NCBI GenBank assembly: GCA_964482725.1
Contig: CAYZYT010000006.1
Span: forward strand, 19,777-83,776
Source of the DNA: an uncultured bacterium
Lineage (GTDB): Bacteria; Omnitrophota; Omnitrophia; Omnitrophales; Aquincolibacteriaceae
Direction: 5' to 3'
DNA: 64,000 nt
Part shown: in pieces, positions 1 to 11,221 of the stretch
How positions within the stretch are numbered: position 1 is the stretch's first letter
Layout: each line of letters opens with the position of its first letter
Notes under the pieces: model-generated
Told to the model about the DNA's origin: nothing
Databases searched by the model: none
What the model saw: the letters and a program-made list of their open reading frames with translations, nothing else
Position numbers and translations under genes: made by a program

Positions 1-277
1 CTATAAGCTTGGCCAACGCTTCCATGGCCGCCGGGGCGTCCTTACCGACCGCACGCACCGTAATCGAGGAACCCATTTCAGCCGCAAGCATCATGATGCC
101 CATGATCGATTTACCGTCGATCTTGAGATCCTCTTTTTGGACTTCAATCGAAGCCTCAAACCGATTCGCCGTCTGAACAAAGACAGCCGCGGGCCGGGCG
201 TGCAGGCCCAGCTTATTGCCGATCACAAAAATGCGCTCAACCGGTTCATGCCCGGCTTTGGGGGATCGCTTTGTCAT
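1..277 (-). CDS. Phosphocarrier protein HPr/NPr. The 3' end is cut by the window edge and the start is near 277.
   Basis: My own translation of the reverse strand gives MTKRSPKAGHEPVERIFVIGNKLGLHARPAAVFVQTANRFEASIEVQKEDLKIDGKSIMGIMMLAAEMGSSITVRAVGKDAPAAMEALAKLI... This includes the HPr His15 motif GLHARPA. No stop codon occurs before position 1. The gene is not in the ORF track. Confidence 0.7.
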   Translation of the reverse strand, partial: MTKRSPKAGHEPVERIFVIGNKLGLHARPAAVFVQTANRFEASIEVQKEDLKIDGKSIMGIMMLAAEMGSSITVRAVGKDAPAAMEALAKLI

Positions 278-367
278 GATGCTCCCCAGCCGAAAACAAA
301 ACGGGAATCACGACGGCCCAAGTCGCCCGCACTCAAAAAAAATAAAGACTGGGTTTTCATCATCGAA

Positions 368-1627
368 TCATTCTTCCGTTCGCTCAACATGTTCCCTGTA
401 ATGCTCCAAAACAAGCTTCATCAAAAGCTCGGCATCATGACGAACCTGCTCGCCTGCCTGGAGCACATCCCCCTGGATGACCCGATAGCCTTTTTCCCGG
501 ATCTTCTCGAGATCGAGCTTGACCGGCACGGCACCTTGTTTTGCATAACGTTGGAGCATCGCCTCGGGGATGGTCGCCGTATTCACGAAACAGGCATCCA
601 CGATCCTCGGGTCCGTATGATCCAGGATCACGTTCAAATGGTCCCACGCGCTCATCCCCGTGGTCTCACCGGGTTGCGTCATCGCATTCATGATATAAAC
701 CTTGTAGGCATCGGACCGAAGCACTGCGTCGCGAATATCTTTGATCAAAAGATTCGGCAGAATGCTGGTGTAAAGGCTCCCCGGTCCCATGAGGACGAGG
801 TCCGCGATCTCGATCGCGTCCAGGGCTTCCTGACACGCCTTGCAATCATCCGGACGAAGACGGATCCGACGAAGCGGCTTTTTCAAATCCGTGATATTCG
901 TCTCCCCTTCGACCAAAGTCCCGTCCATGAATTCACCCACGAGCGTCACTTTTTCAAGCGTCGAGGGAAGCACCCGTCCCCGAATGGCCAAAACCTTGCT
1001 GGATTCCGCGATCGCCTTTTCAAAATCCCCTGTAACCTTCGAAAGCGCGGTAATAAAAAGATTCCCGAAGCTGTGTCCCTTGAGCCCTTCTCCAAGCTCG
1101 AACCGGTATTGAAAAAGATCGCGGATGAGCGGCCCGGCATCGGCCAGCGCTACCAGGCAATTGCGGATGTCGCCCGGCGGCAGCATGTCCATTTCATCGC
1201 GCAAACGCCCGGAACTTCCCCCCGTGTCTGTCACCGTCACGATCGCGGTGATATTGCTCGTAAATGTCTTGATCCCTGAAAGCATGGTGCTGAGACCCGT
1301 CCCGCCGCCGATCGCCACAACGCGAGGACCATGCAACAAGGACTCCACCCGGCGCTTCTGGTAAACGATATCCACCAGCGAATCGTTCCCATTCAAAGGC
1401 ATCAGCGCGCGCACAAAGATCCGGACCATGTTTTTGATCGAGGTATAGATAAGAAAGATCCCGAGGATCAAAAGCGCTGTCGCGAACGAAGCGAGAAGCA
1501 CGCTCGTCTTGGACATGGTCTGCACGGTCAAAAGGGCGACTAACACGATAAATCCAAGACCCAGCGAGCAGAGAAAGATCCACCGCTTGATTCCAATGCC
1601 AGGATATAGCCACTTAAAGAATTTCAT
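368..1627 (-). CDS. YvcK-like gluconeogenesis factor (UPF0052/CofD-like family) with two N-terminal transmembrane helices
   Basis: The protein has a VVAIGGGTGLSTMLSGIK glycine loop and family-typical blocks. The N-terminus is hydrophobic. It lies where RapZ sits in the E. coli rpoN operon. Confidence 0.75.
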   Translation of the reverse strand: MKFFKWLYPGIGIKRWIFLCSLGLGFIVLVALLTVQTMSKTSVLLASFATALLILGIFLIYTSIKNMVRIFVRALMPLNGNDSLVDIVYQKRRVESLLHGPRVVAIGGGTGLSTMLSGIKTFTSNITAIVTVTDTGGSSGRLRDEMDMLPPGDIRNCLVALADAGPLIRDLFQYRFELGEGLKGHSFGNLFITALSKVTGDFEKAIAESSKVLAIRGRVLPSTLEKVTLVGEFMDGTLVEGETNITDLKKPLRRIRLRPDDCKACQEALDAIEIADLVLMGPGSLYTSILPNLLIKDIRDAVLRSDAYKVYIMNAMTQPGETTGMSAWDHLNVILDHTDPRIVDACFVNTATIPEAMLQRYAKQGAVPVKLDLEKIREKGYRVIQGDVLQAGEQVRHDAELLMKLVLEHYREHVERTEE

Positions 1628-1665
1628 AGAAGATCGCCGAGGAGTCGGCCTGGGTCAGGCCCAGG

Positions 1666-2130
1666 TCAGACCTTGCGATTCTCTTCTTTTGCGATCAGAT
1701 CGAAGATATCCTTCGGAGTTTTGCACTTTCGGATAAGCTCGCAAAAATAAGTGTCCCGGAGAAGTCTTGAGATCTGCGCCAGCGCTTTAAGATGTGGCCC
1801 CGCGGTATCTTTGGGCGCGACCAACAGGAACAGGATATAGACCGGTTCGCCATCCAAGGCTTCAAAGTTCACTCCCTTGCGGCTGACGCCGAGGACCGCC
1901 ACAAGGCCATCGACTTTGTCGGTCTTCCCGTGCGGGATCGCGATCCCCTGCCCGATCCCCGTTGAGCCAAGATTTTCACGCTCGATCAAAGCGCGCAGGA
2001 TATTTTTTTTATCTCCCACGTCTTTGACCTCAGCCAAAAGATCGACCATTTCCTTCAGAATGCCTTCTTTGTCGGTCGCTTCCAGATCGACCTTAATGCC
2101 TTTGATGTTCAAAAAATCGGTGATCTTCAT
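1666..2130 (-). CDS. ptsN: PTS IIA-like nitrogen-regulatory protein (EIIA-Ntr)
   Basis: 154 aa. It has the GIAIPHGK active-site histidine motif. It sits downstream of hpf, as in the rpoN operon. Confidence 0.8.
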   Translation of the reverse strand: MKITDFLNIKGIKVDLEATDKEGILKEMVDLLAEVKDVGDKKNILRALIERENLGSTGIGQGIAIPHGKTDKVDGLVAVLGVSRKGVNFEALDGEPVYILFLLVAPKDTAGPHLKALAQISRLLRDTYFCELIRKCKTPKDIFDLIAKEENRKV

Positions 2131-2165
2131 AGATGAACTCCTCCGGATTGAAAAAGGTTAGAAAG

Positions 2166-2723
2166 TTAAAATCCGGGCTCAATAAGCCCATGACTTCCGT
2201 CTTTGCGTTTATGGATCACATTCACAATATTGGTATCTTGGTTCATAAAAACAAGAAAGGCTTCCGGAGAGATCTCCAGCTGAAGGCTGGCTTCTTCGAC
2301 CGACATCGGCTTGGACGCGAAGGCGGAGGAACGAACGATCTTGGGATGATCTTCGGGCAGGATGCTTTCCGTATCGATCATTCCGAGCGCCCGGGCGATC
2401 TTCGAGGAAACCTTGGCGCTTTTGTTGTGATGCCCCTTTGATTTCGAACGGAATTTTTTCAACTGTTTCTCGACGCGCTCATAGGCCTCGTCCATCGCCG
2501 CAAAAACATTATCTTTGGCTTCCCCCATCCCAAAAGCGTGAAAATCTTTGGCGGCAAGCGTGATCTCCACTTTAAAAATATATTTTTCTTTTTTAAGGAA
2601 CACGTGGGCTTCCACGATCCGGGGCGCATACTTCTCGAACTTGGGAAGACGTTCCTCCAAGTGCTCTTTCATCCCTGCAGTGATCTTAAGATTCTGTCCT
2701 GAAAAACGAATTTCCACGGTCAT
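2166..2723 (-). CDS. hpf: Ribosome hibernation promoting factor (long form)
   Basis: 185 aa with RaiA/HPF N-domain blocks (VEITLAAKDFHA) plus a C-terminal dimerisation extension. Confidence 0.85.
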   Translation of the reverse strand: MTVEIRFSGQNLKITAGMKEHLEERLPKFEKYAPRIVEAHVFLKKEKYIFKVEITLAAKDFHAFGMGEAKDNVFAAMDEAYERVEKQLKKFRSKSKGHHNKSAKVSSKIARALGMIDTESILPEDHPKIVRSSAFASKPMSVEEASLQLEISPEAFLVFMNQDTNIVNVIHKRKDGSHGLIEPGF

Positions 2724-2772
2724 GTCCTCCTTGAGGGTCTTTGTTGGATCGCTTCAAAACGCGGGTATCGGG

Positions 2773-3498
2773 TTACGCTAAAGTAAACCTCTCCCCAAGA
2801 TAGATCTCTCTGGCCTTGGGATCCGAGGCAAGAAATTCCGAGGTCCCGGAAACCTCGACCTTGCCTTCGAAAAGAAGATACGAACGGTCGGTGATGGAAA
2901 GCGTTTCGCGAACGCTATGATCTGTCAGCAAAATACTCAACCCTTGAGCCTTCAGCCGCTGAAGGATCTTCTGCACCTCAAAGACTGCAATAGGGTCCAC
3001 CCCGCTGAAGGGTTCATCTAAAAGGATAAGAGAAGGATTCGTCACCAGCGCGCGCGTGATCTCAAGCCGCCGCCGTTCGCCACCGGAAAGAGTGTAAGCC
3101 TTATTTTTTGCGAGATAGGCGATATCGAGATCGTTCAGGAGCCGCTTGAGGCGACGGTCGCGCTCTTCCTGGGGGATCTCCAGAGTTTCCAAAATCGCCA
3201 TGATGTTTTCTTCCACGGTCAGCTTGCGGAAAATGGAAGGTTCCTGAGAGAGATAGCCGATCCCCAACCGCGCCCTTTCAAACATCGGAAGGTTGGTGAT
3301 ATCCTCGCCGCGGAAAAGGATCTTCCCGGTTTCCGGGCGAATGACCCCCACCACCATATAGAACGACGTGGTCTTCCCCGCGCCGTTCGGTCCGAGAAGT
3401 CCCACGATCTCTCCCCGCGAGATCTGGATACTCACGCCGTTGACCACAGTGCGTCCTTTATAGCTTTTTACCAATTGTTTCGTCTCAAGCAAATTCAT
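2773..3498 (-). CDS. lptB: LPS export ABC transporter ATP-binding protein
   Basis: It has Walker A GPNGAGKTT, an ABC signature LSGGERRRLE and a Walker B ILLLDEP. It is adjacent to an lptC/A-like gene. Confidence 0.9.
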   Translation of the reverse strand: MNLLETKQLVKSYKGRTVVNGVSIQISRGEIVGLLGPNGAGKTTSFYMVVGVIRPETGKILFRGEDITNLPMFERARLGIGYLSQEPSIFRKLTVEENIMAILETLEIPQEERDRRLKRLLNDLDIAYLAKNKAYTLSGGERRRLEITRALVTNPSLILLDEPFSGVDPIAVFEVQKILQRLKAQGLSILLTDHSVRETLSITDRSYLLFEGKVEVSGTSEFLASDPKAREIYLGERFTLA

Positions 3499-3500
3499 GA

Positions 3501-4385
3501 TCAGAGCACTCCCTTCCCGAGAGCTGCATTGCCATCCCCTTTGAAATAAAGGGCTTCGGTATCTCCCCCCAAGATGATCCGTCCTTCGTCCGCCAGATAG
3601 ATCACGCTATCGGAATAGGTCTTGTTCCCGTCGGGATTCTCGATCACCACATCCCCCGCGGATACGATCTTTGAAACACGACGGCTTACGCGATTGTAAT
3701 AAACATCCATGGTGTCGGCCGTAAGTTTCCCTCGGGAATCCTGCGCGACAACATTATCCCTGAAATGCGCGATATTCTTTTCGTAGTCAACGACAAGGGT
3801 CCCATCACAGGTGATGGTCGTCGGTCCCGTCTCTTTATCCTCGGTATTTTGCACCACCACCGTCACATTCTTTTGAAATTTTACCTTTTTAAGGTTGGTC
3901 TCCGCCCGGGCCCCCGTGCCCTCCACGTTAATATTATCCTTCTTCACCTGGGTGGGCAGATCGGTCTCCACAATGTGCTCCGAGGGGCTCATATCCAGAG
4001 CCTCGGTCACAAGTCTCGTCCCATCATCGGTCGTGGCCACCACATTTTTTTCGAGATGGATCTTGTTCTTTTTCTTGTCGTATTGACCGCGATCCGCGGT
4101 CACCGTGACGGGAACTTCCTCAGCATACGCCTTGGCCATGACGTTCATGAGCTGCACGGTATTGGAAAGGATATTCGCGGAATCACCTTCGATCTCGATC
4201 TCGCGCTGCCCCTCGGGCGTATACTTGGTAAACGAAAAAGTGAAGATTTTTTGCGGTTTCTGTTCGGAAGGTTTCTCGACCCCCTGCTCGGCCCTTTGCT
4301 TGCGGGTGATGACCACCTGCACCTGCACAAAAAACACATAGAACACCACAAGCGTAACAAAGATAAAAACAAGACGTTTGATCAT
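3501..4385 (-). CDS. Membrane-anchored LptC/LptA-family (OstA-like) LPS export protein, possibly an LptC-LptA fusion
   Basis: It has an N-terminal TM helix. The C-terminal half carries OstA/LptA-type beta-jellyroll repeats (ITCDGTLVVDYEKNIAHFRDNVV...GDVVIENPDG). It lies immediately upstream of lptB. Confidence 0.55.
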   Translation of the reverse strand: MIKRLVFIFVTLVVFYVFFVQVQVVITRKQRAEQGVEKPSEQKPQKIFTFSFTKYTPEGQREIEIEGDSANILSNTVQLMNVMAKAYAEEVPVTVTADRGQYDKKKNKIHLEKNVVATTDDGTRLVTEALDMSPSEHIVETDLPTQVKKDNINVEGTGARAETNLKKVKFQKNVTVVVQNTEDKETGPTTITCDGTLVVDYEKNIAHFRDNVVAQDSRGKLTADTMDVYYNRVSRRVSKIVSAGDVVIENPDGNKTYSDSVIYLADEGRIILGGDTEALYFKGDGNAALGKGVL

Positions 4386-5326
4386 GGGCGTTTCACTTTC
4401 TCCTTTAATTCCGCCACAGCCCCCTCGTCGGGCTTTGTTTTCCAGCGGTCATGCATCCACCCCCATTGTTCCGGGTAACGACGGATCACTTCTTCGAAAT
4501 CCTTCATCCAAGCTTCGGTATATTTCCGGATCGAGGCCGTCCGGTCACCCGCTTCGATCTTCGGCCGAAGCAAATTCCCCAAAAGCAGCTTATATCGACC
4601 CCCGGGCATTCGCACCATAAACGCGGGCAAGATCGGCGCTCCCGAGGCCATGGCAAATTTCACCGGGGCCACGGACGTATAAGCCGGTCTCCCAAAAAAA
4701 TCAACAAAAATGCTCCGGACACTGTCTCGATCCTGGTCCGGCAGGATCCCTACGATCTCACCCGCCTTCAGCGCCGCATAGATCTGCCTGACGGCCTGAT
4801 CCTGGTAGATAGTACGAACCTTCACAGCACTCCGCAAGCCTACGATCCACTGATTGTACGGCTCATAATAGATCCGCCGGCCCACCACGGCGCCTGGAAA
4901 CCCCCGCAGGCAAAAGATCCCGGCCAAAAGCTCCCAGTTGCCCAGGTGCGCCGTCATTATAATGAGCCCTCTCCCTTCTTGCAAAATATCTTTGCAGAAA
5001 GAATAGGCCTCGCCGACCTCCACAATCGAGGTCGCTTGGTCCCGGGACAGTCTTGAAAAGCGCAAGAAATCCACGGCCGTCTGGAGCATGTGCCCCATCG
5101 CCCCCCGGCCGATCGCCTCCATTTCTTTGGGACTTTTTGTGTCACCGTACGCCAGCTTCAGATTTTCAAGGATCTTCGTTCTTTGGCGCGAAACAAACCT
5201 GTACCCCAAATGCCCGACCTTATTGGCAAGTCCCAGAGCCCAACTTCGTGGCAGGATCAGCAAAAGTCCCGCGGCAAGCCTTGTTAAAAGATAAACCGGA
5301 TAGCGATAGAATCTGTGTTTGGCCAT
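4382..5326 (-). CDS. lpxL: Lipid A biosynthesis (Kdo2-lipid IVA) acyltransferase, LpxL/HtrB family
   Basis: 314 aa with an HLGNWE acyltransferase motif. It lies between lptC/A and kdsD. Confidence 0.8.
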   Translation of the reverse strand: MAKHRFYRYPVYLLTRLAAGLLLILPRSWALGLANKVGHLGYRFVSRQRTKILENLKLAYGDTKSPKEMEAIGRGAMGHMLQTAVDFLRFSRLSRDQATSIVEVGEAYSFCKDILQEGRGLIIMTAHLGNWELLAGIFCLRGFPGAVVGRRIYYEPYNQWIVGLRSAVKVRTIYQDQAVRQIYAALKAGEIVGILPDQDRDSVRSIFVDFFGRPAYTSVAPVKFAMASGAPILPAFMVRMPGGRYKLLLGNLLRPKIEAGDRTASIRKYTEAWMKDFEEVIRRYPEQWGWMHDRWKTKPDEGAVAELKEKVKRP

Positions 5327-5333
5327 ATGCGGA

Positions 5334-6305
5334 TTAGACTCGTCCCGCCCTCATAAGGTCCTGAACATCCAGAAGACCTACCACGCGTCGGGCTTTGTCC
5401 ACCACCGGCAATTCATCGATGCGAAGAGATTCCATAATGTGGAAAGCCTCTTCCGCGAGCTTTTCTTTCTGAATATAGCGGGGTTTGAGCGTGGCCCATT
5501 GAACCACAGGCCGGCTCAAGAGATTCTCGCCCTGGGATTTAAGATGACGCCGGAGATCTCCGTCTGTGAACACGCCCACCAATTTCCCGCGCCCATCAAC
5601 GATCGTACAACTGCCGGCCCGTGAAGCCGTGATCTTAAGAAGCGCCTGCCGCACCGTGGTCTTCACCCCCACGAGAGGATTGGCCTTTCCCGTGCGCATG
5701 ATCTCCCCGACCTTCAGCAAACGTCTCCCGAGACTTCCCGCCGGATGAAGTTGGGCAAAATCTTCCGAACGAAAACCTTTCTTCATAAGGAGCGAAAGCG
5801 CGAGAGCGTCTCCCATCGCAAGCGAAGCGGTCGTCGAGGCAGAAGGCGCCAGGTTGAGCGGACACGCTTCACGCCTCACGCCAAGATCCAGCACCTTGTC
5901 CGCATTCTTTCCGAGGGAAGATCCTGGGACGCTCGTTAGCGCGACCAGTTTTACGCCTTTTTTCTTCAAAAGAGGAAGAAGCCTCACGATCTCTTCACTT
6001 TCCCCGCTTTGCGAGATCGCGATCACAAGATCTTTGGAAGTCACCATGCCAAAATCACCATGGACCGCTTCGGCCGGATGAAGAAAAAAAGTGGGCGTCC
6101 CCGTGGAGGCCATGGTCGCGGCGATCTTCCGGGCAATAAAACCGGGTTTTCCCATCCCGGTCAATATCACGCGCCCTTTGCAGTCCGCCAGCCATTGAAC
6201 CACCGTCTCAAAATCCTTCCCGATCCGGGAACGAAGCCGCGAGATGGCGAGCGCCTCCATCCGGAGAACTTCTTTGGCAAGCCGTATCACCTTGGATTTT
6301 TTCAT
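5334..6305 (-). CDS. kdsD: Arabinose-5-phosphate isomerase (SIS and tandem CBS domains)
   Basis: It shows KpsF/GutQ family blocks (GMGKPGFIARKIAATMASTGTPTFFLHPAEAVHGDFG) and a CBS pair at the C-terminus. Confidence 0.85.
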   Translation of the reverse strand: MKKSKVIRLAKEVLRMEALAISRLRSRIGKDFETVVQWLADCKGRVILTGMGKPGFIARKIAATMASTGTPTFFLHPAEAVHGDFGMVTSKDLVIAISQSGESEEIVRLLPLLKKKGVKLVALTSVPGSSLGKNADKVLDLGVRREACPLNLAPSASTTASLAMGDALALSLLMKKGFRSEDFAQLHPAGSLGRRLLKVGEIMRTGKANPLVGVKTTVRQALLKITASRAGSCTIVDGRGKLVGVFTDGDLRRHLKSQGENLLSRPVVQWATLKPRYIQKEKLAEEAFHIMESLRIDELPVVDKARRVVGLLDVQDLMRAGRV

Positions 6306-6309
6306 GATC

Positions 6310-8912
<2,603 letters not shown>

Positions 8913-9686
8913 TTAAAAGAAAATTGGGACTGCAAGCGCTTTTCAACTTCCTGCAGGTCCTCTTCCGTGTCCACGCTGATGAAATCATACGCCGTTTCGA
9001 TCACGCGAATGGAACGGCCCCTTTCAAGGACCCTGAGCTGCTCTAATTTCTCGGTATTTTCTAGGATTCCCGGCTCCCAAGCAACGAATTTCAAAAGAAA
9101 ATCGCGACGGTAGCCGTAAACGCCCAGATGTTTTAAAAAACTGAACGCGCCGGCCTGTTCCCCTTGGAAGAAAGGGATCGCCGCGCGGGAAAAATAAAGC
9201 GCGTTACCTTCCGCATCACAAACAACTTTAACGACATTGGGGTTCTCGAAACTTGCCCGGTCCGTCATGCGCACAGCCAAGGTCAGCATTTCTACAGCCT
9301 TCGACTTTTCAAAAAGGCTCACCATCTCGTCAAGCGCCTTCGGATCCACAAGCGGCTGATCCCCCTGGATATTGATCACGAGATCCTGTTTGAAATGCCC
9401 CATGACCTCCGCGATACGCGAGGTACCATTCGGATGGTCCTTGCGCGTCATGATCGCTTTGCCGCCGAACCCCTCGACGCACTTCTGGATGCGCGTGTCA
9501 TCGGTCGCAACAACCACAGCCTCAAGATTTTCCGCCTGCCGCGCACGCTCCCAAACATGCTGGATCATAGACTTACCGCCGATGGAGCGCAGGATCTTTT
9601 CAGCCAAACGTGTGGAACCTAAACGCGCGGGAATAACGCCCAAGGCCTTCATAAGAAATTTGAGATCTCGAATTTGAAATTGAACA

Positions 9687-10697
9687 TCATGACTTCCGGA
9701 TCGCTTCTTCAAGCTCTCCGGGAACGACCGTCGCGGTACCGAGTTTTCCCACCACGATCCCGGCGGCCAGATTCGAGATCTTCGCGGCTTCCTGCATTTT
9801 CGCGCCCGCGGCCAAGGCAAGCGCCAGGGTCGCGATCACCGTGTCCCCCGCGCCGGACACATCATAGACTTCGCGCGCGGCGGTCGGAACCCGGGTCAGC
9901 TTTTTATTTTTTTCAAAAAGGGCCATGCCGTCCTCACCCAACGTGATCAGCACGGAATCCAGTTTCAATTTTTTCATCAATCCCCAACCCACCGTTTCAA
10001 GTTCCGGGGCCTTGTAGCAAGATCCGTGCGTCCGCTCGTAGCCGACATAGGCCTCACTGCGGTTGGGAGTAATGCAGGTCACTCCCTGGTAATACACAAA
10101 GTTTTTTTCTTTGGGATCCACGAGTACGGGTTTTTTGAACTTCTTGGCAAGGCGAACGATCTCTTTTAAAAGAAAAGGCTGCATCACGCCTTTGCCGTAG
10201 TCCTCGAGAACCACAACATCCATGCGCTTGATATTCTCACGGACAAATTTCAGGATCTTCAGAAGATCCGCCTTGGAGACATCGTCCGTATTTTCACGGT
10301 CAAAACGGACCACTTGTTGGGAATGCGCGATCACGCGGGTTTTAAGGGATGTCGGACGCGTCGGATCATAAACGATCCCCCCCGTCTCGATCCCCTGCTT
10401 GCGCATCGCCCGGAGCAACATGCGCCCATAAAGATCGCGCCCCACCACCCCGCAGGGACACACCTGGCCCCGGAGAGAGCGGATATTGTTGGCCACATTC
10501 AGCGACCCTCCCGGCATGAAGGATTCCCGCTCGACCTTGACCACCGGCACCGGAGCCTCGGGGGAAATGCGCTTAACGCTCCCCCAGACAAATTGGTCCA
10601 GAATGAAGTCCCCGATCACAAGGATATGGGTTTCTCTGAACCCACCCACAAGTTCCAAAAAGCGTTTTTTCTCTACCGCTGTAAGGGTGTTTTTCAT
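9687..10697 (-). CDS. hldE: D-glycero-beta-D-manno-heptose 7-phosphate kinase (RfaE/HldE domain I only)
   Basis: It is a PfkB-family sugar kinase with GAGDT and NxxE motifs and RfaE domain I blocks. No adenylyltransferase domain is fused. Confidence 0.8.
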   Translation of the reverse strand: MKNTLTAVEKKRFLELVGGFRETHILVIGDFILDQFVWGSVKRISPEAPVPVVKVERESFMPGGSLNVANNIRSLRGQVCPCGVVGRDLYGRMLLRAMRKQGIETGGIVYDPTRPTSLKTRVIAHSQQVVRFDRENTDDVSKADLLKILKFVRENIKRMDVVVLEDYGKGVMQPFLLKEIVRLAKKFKKPVLVDPKEKNFVYYQGVTCITPNRSEAYVGYERTHGSCYKAPELETVGWGLMKKLKLDSVLITLGEDGMALFEKNKKLTRVPTAAREVYDVSGAGDTVIATLALALAAGAKMQEAAKISNLAAGIVVGKLGTATVVPGELEEAIRKS

Positions 10698-10750
10698 TTT
10701 TAATCCTTAGCACCGTTCTTTGTTTATTTTTATGGGTTAACGGTACAGCC

Positions 10751-10787
10751 CTGCGAACCCGTAAAATCAAAAGTAACGCAGTCTTAG
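10751..10787 (-). repeat. Conserved ~37-nt element (copy 1) within the hldE 5' leader
   Basis: ctgcgaacccgtaaaatcaaaagtaacgcagtcttag matches the copy at 28731-28768. Confidence 0.5.
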
Positions 10788-10830
10788 AAGGAAACAGGCC
10801 ATCCCCTTTGGGACGATCAAGGAAGGCCGT

Positions 10831-10860
10831 ATGATAACACCCCTTCCCAAGGGTGTCAAT
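10831..10860 (-). promoter_or_regulatory. Near-consensus sigma70-type promoter (TTGACA-N17-TATCAT) about 135 nt upstream of hldE
   Basis: On the minus strand the sequence reads TTGACAcccttgggaaggggtgtTATCAT. I counted a spacer of exactly 17 nt. Confidence 0.55.
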
Positions 10861-10923
10861 GAAAGGAAAATGCTATAAGCCCTTTAAGCATAACGAGTTA
10901 GAAATGGTTTTGGACTTGAAAAA

Positions 10924-11196
10924 CTATTTCTTCTTTGTATCACAAGAGGCACAATCCCCGGAGCAGGAAGAAGCCGCCGGCTTATCCTTTTTCGCGGCCT
11001 CCTGGTAGCCCTTGGAACGGTAATCGGTCTGGTAGAAGCCGCTTCCTTTGAAAAGAACCCCGGCCCCGCCTGAGATAATGCGCTCAGCCTTGGCCTTCCC
11101 GCACTCGGGACATTTCTTAATGGCCTTTTCGATCATGGACTGGTATTTCTCGAACCGGTGGCCACACGCCCCGCATTCATATTCATAAGTCGGCAT
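10924..11196 (-). CDS. FmdB-family zinc-ribbon protein
   Basis: It has the MPTYEYECGACGHRFE...CPECG pattern, which is a CxxC...CxxC signature. Confidence 0.7.
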   Translation of the reverse strand: MPTYEYECGACGHRFEKYQSMIEKAIKKCPECGKAKAERIISGGAGVLFKGSGFYQTDYRSKGYQEAAKKDKPAASSCSGDCASCDTKKK

Positions 11197-11221
11197 AAAT
11201 CATTTTCCTCCTGTTGAAATC

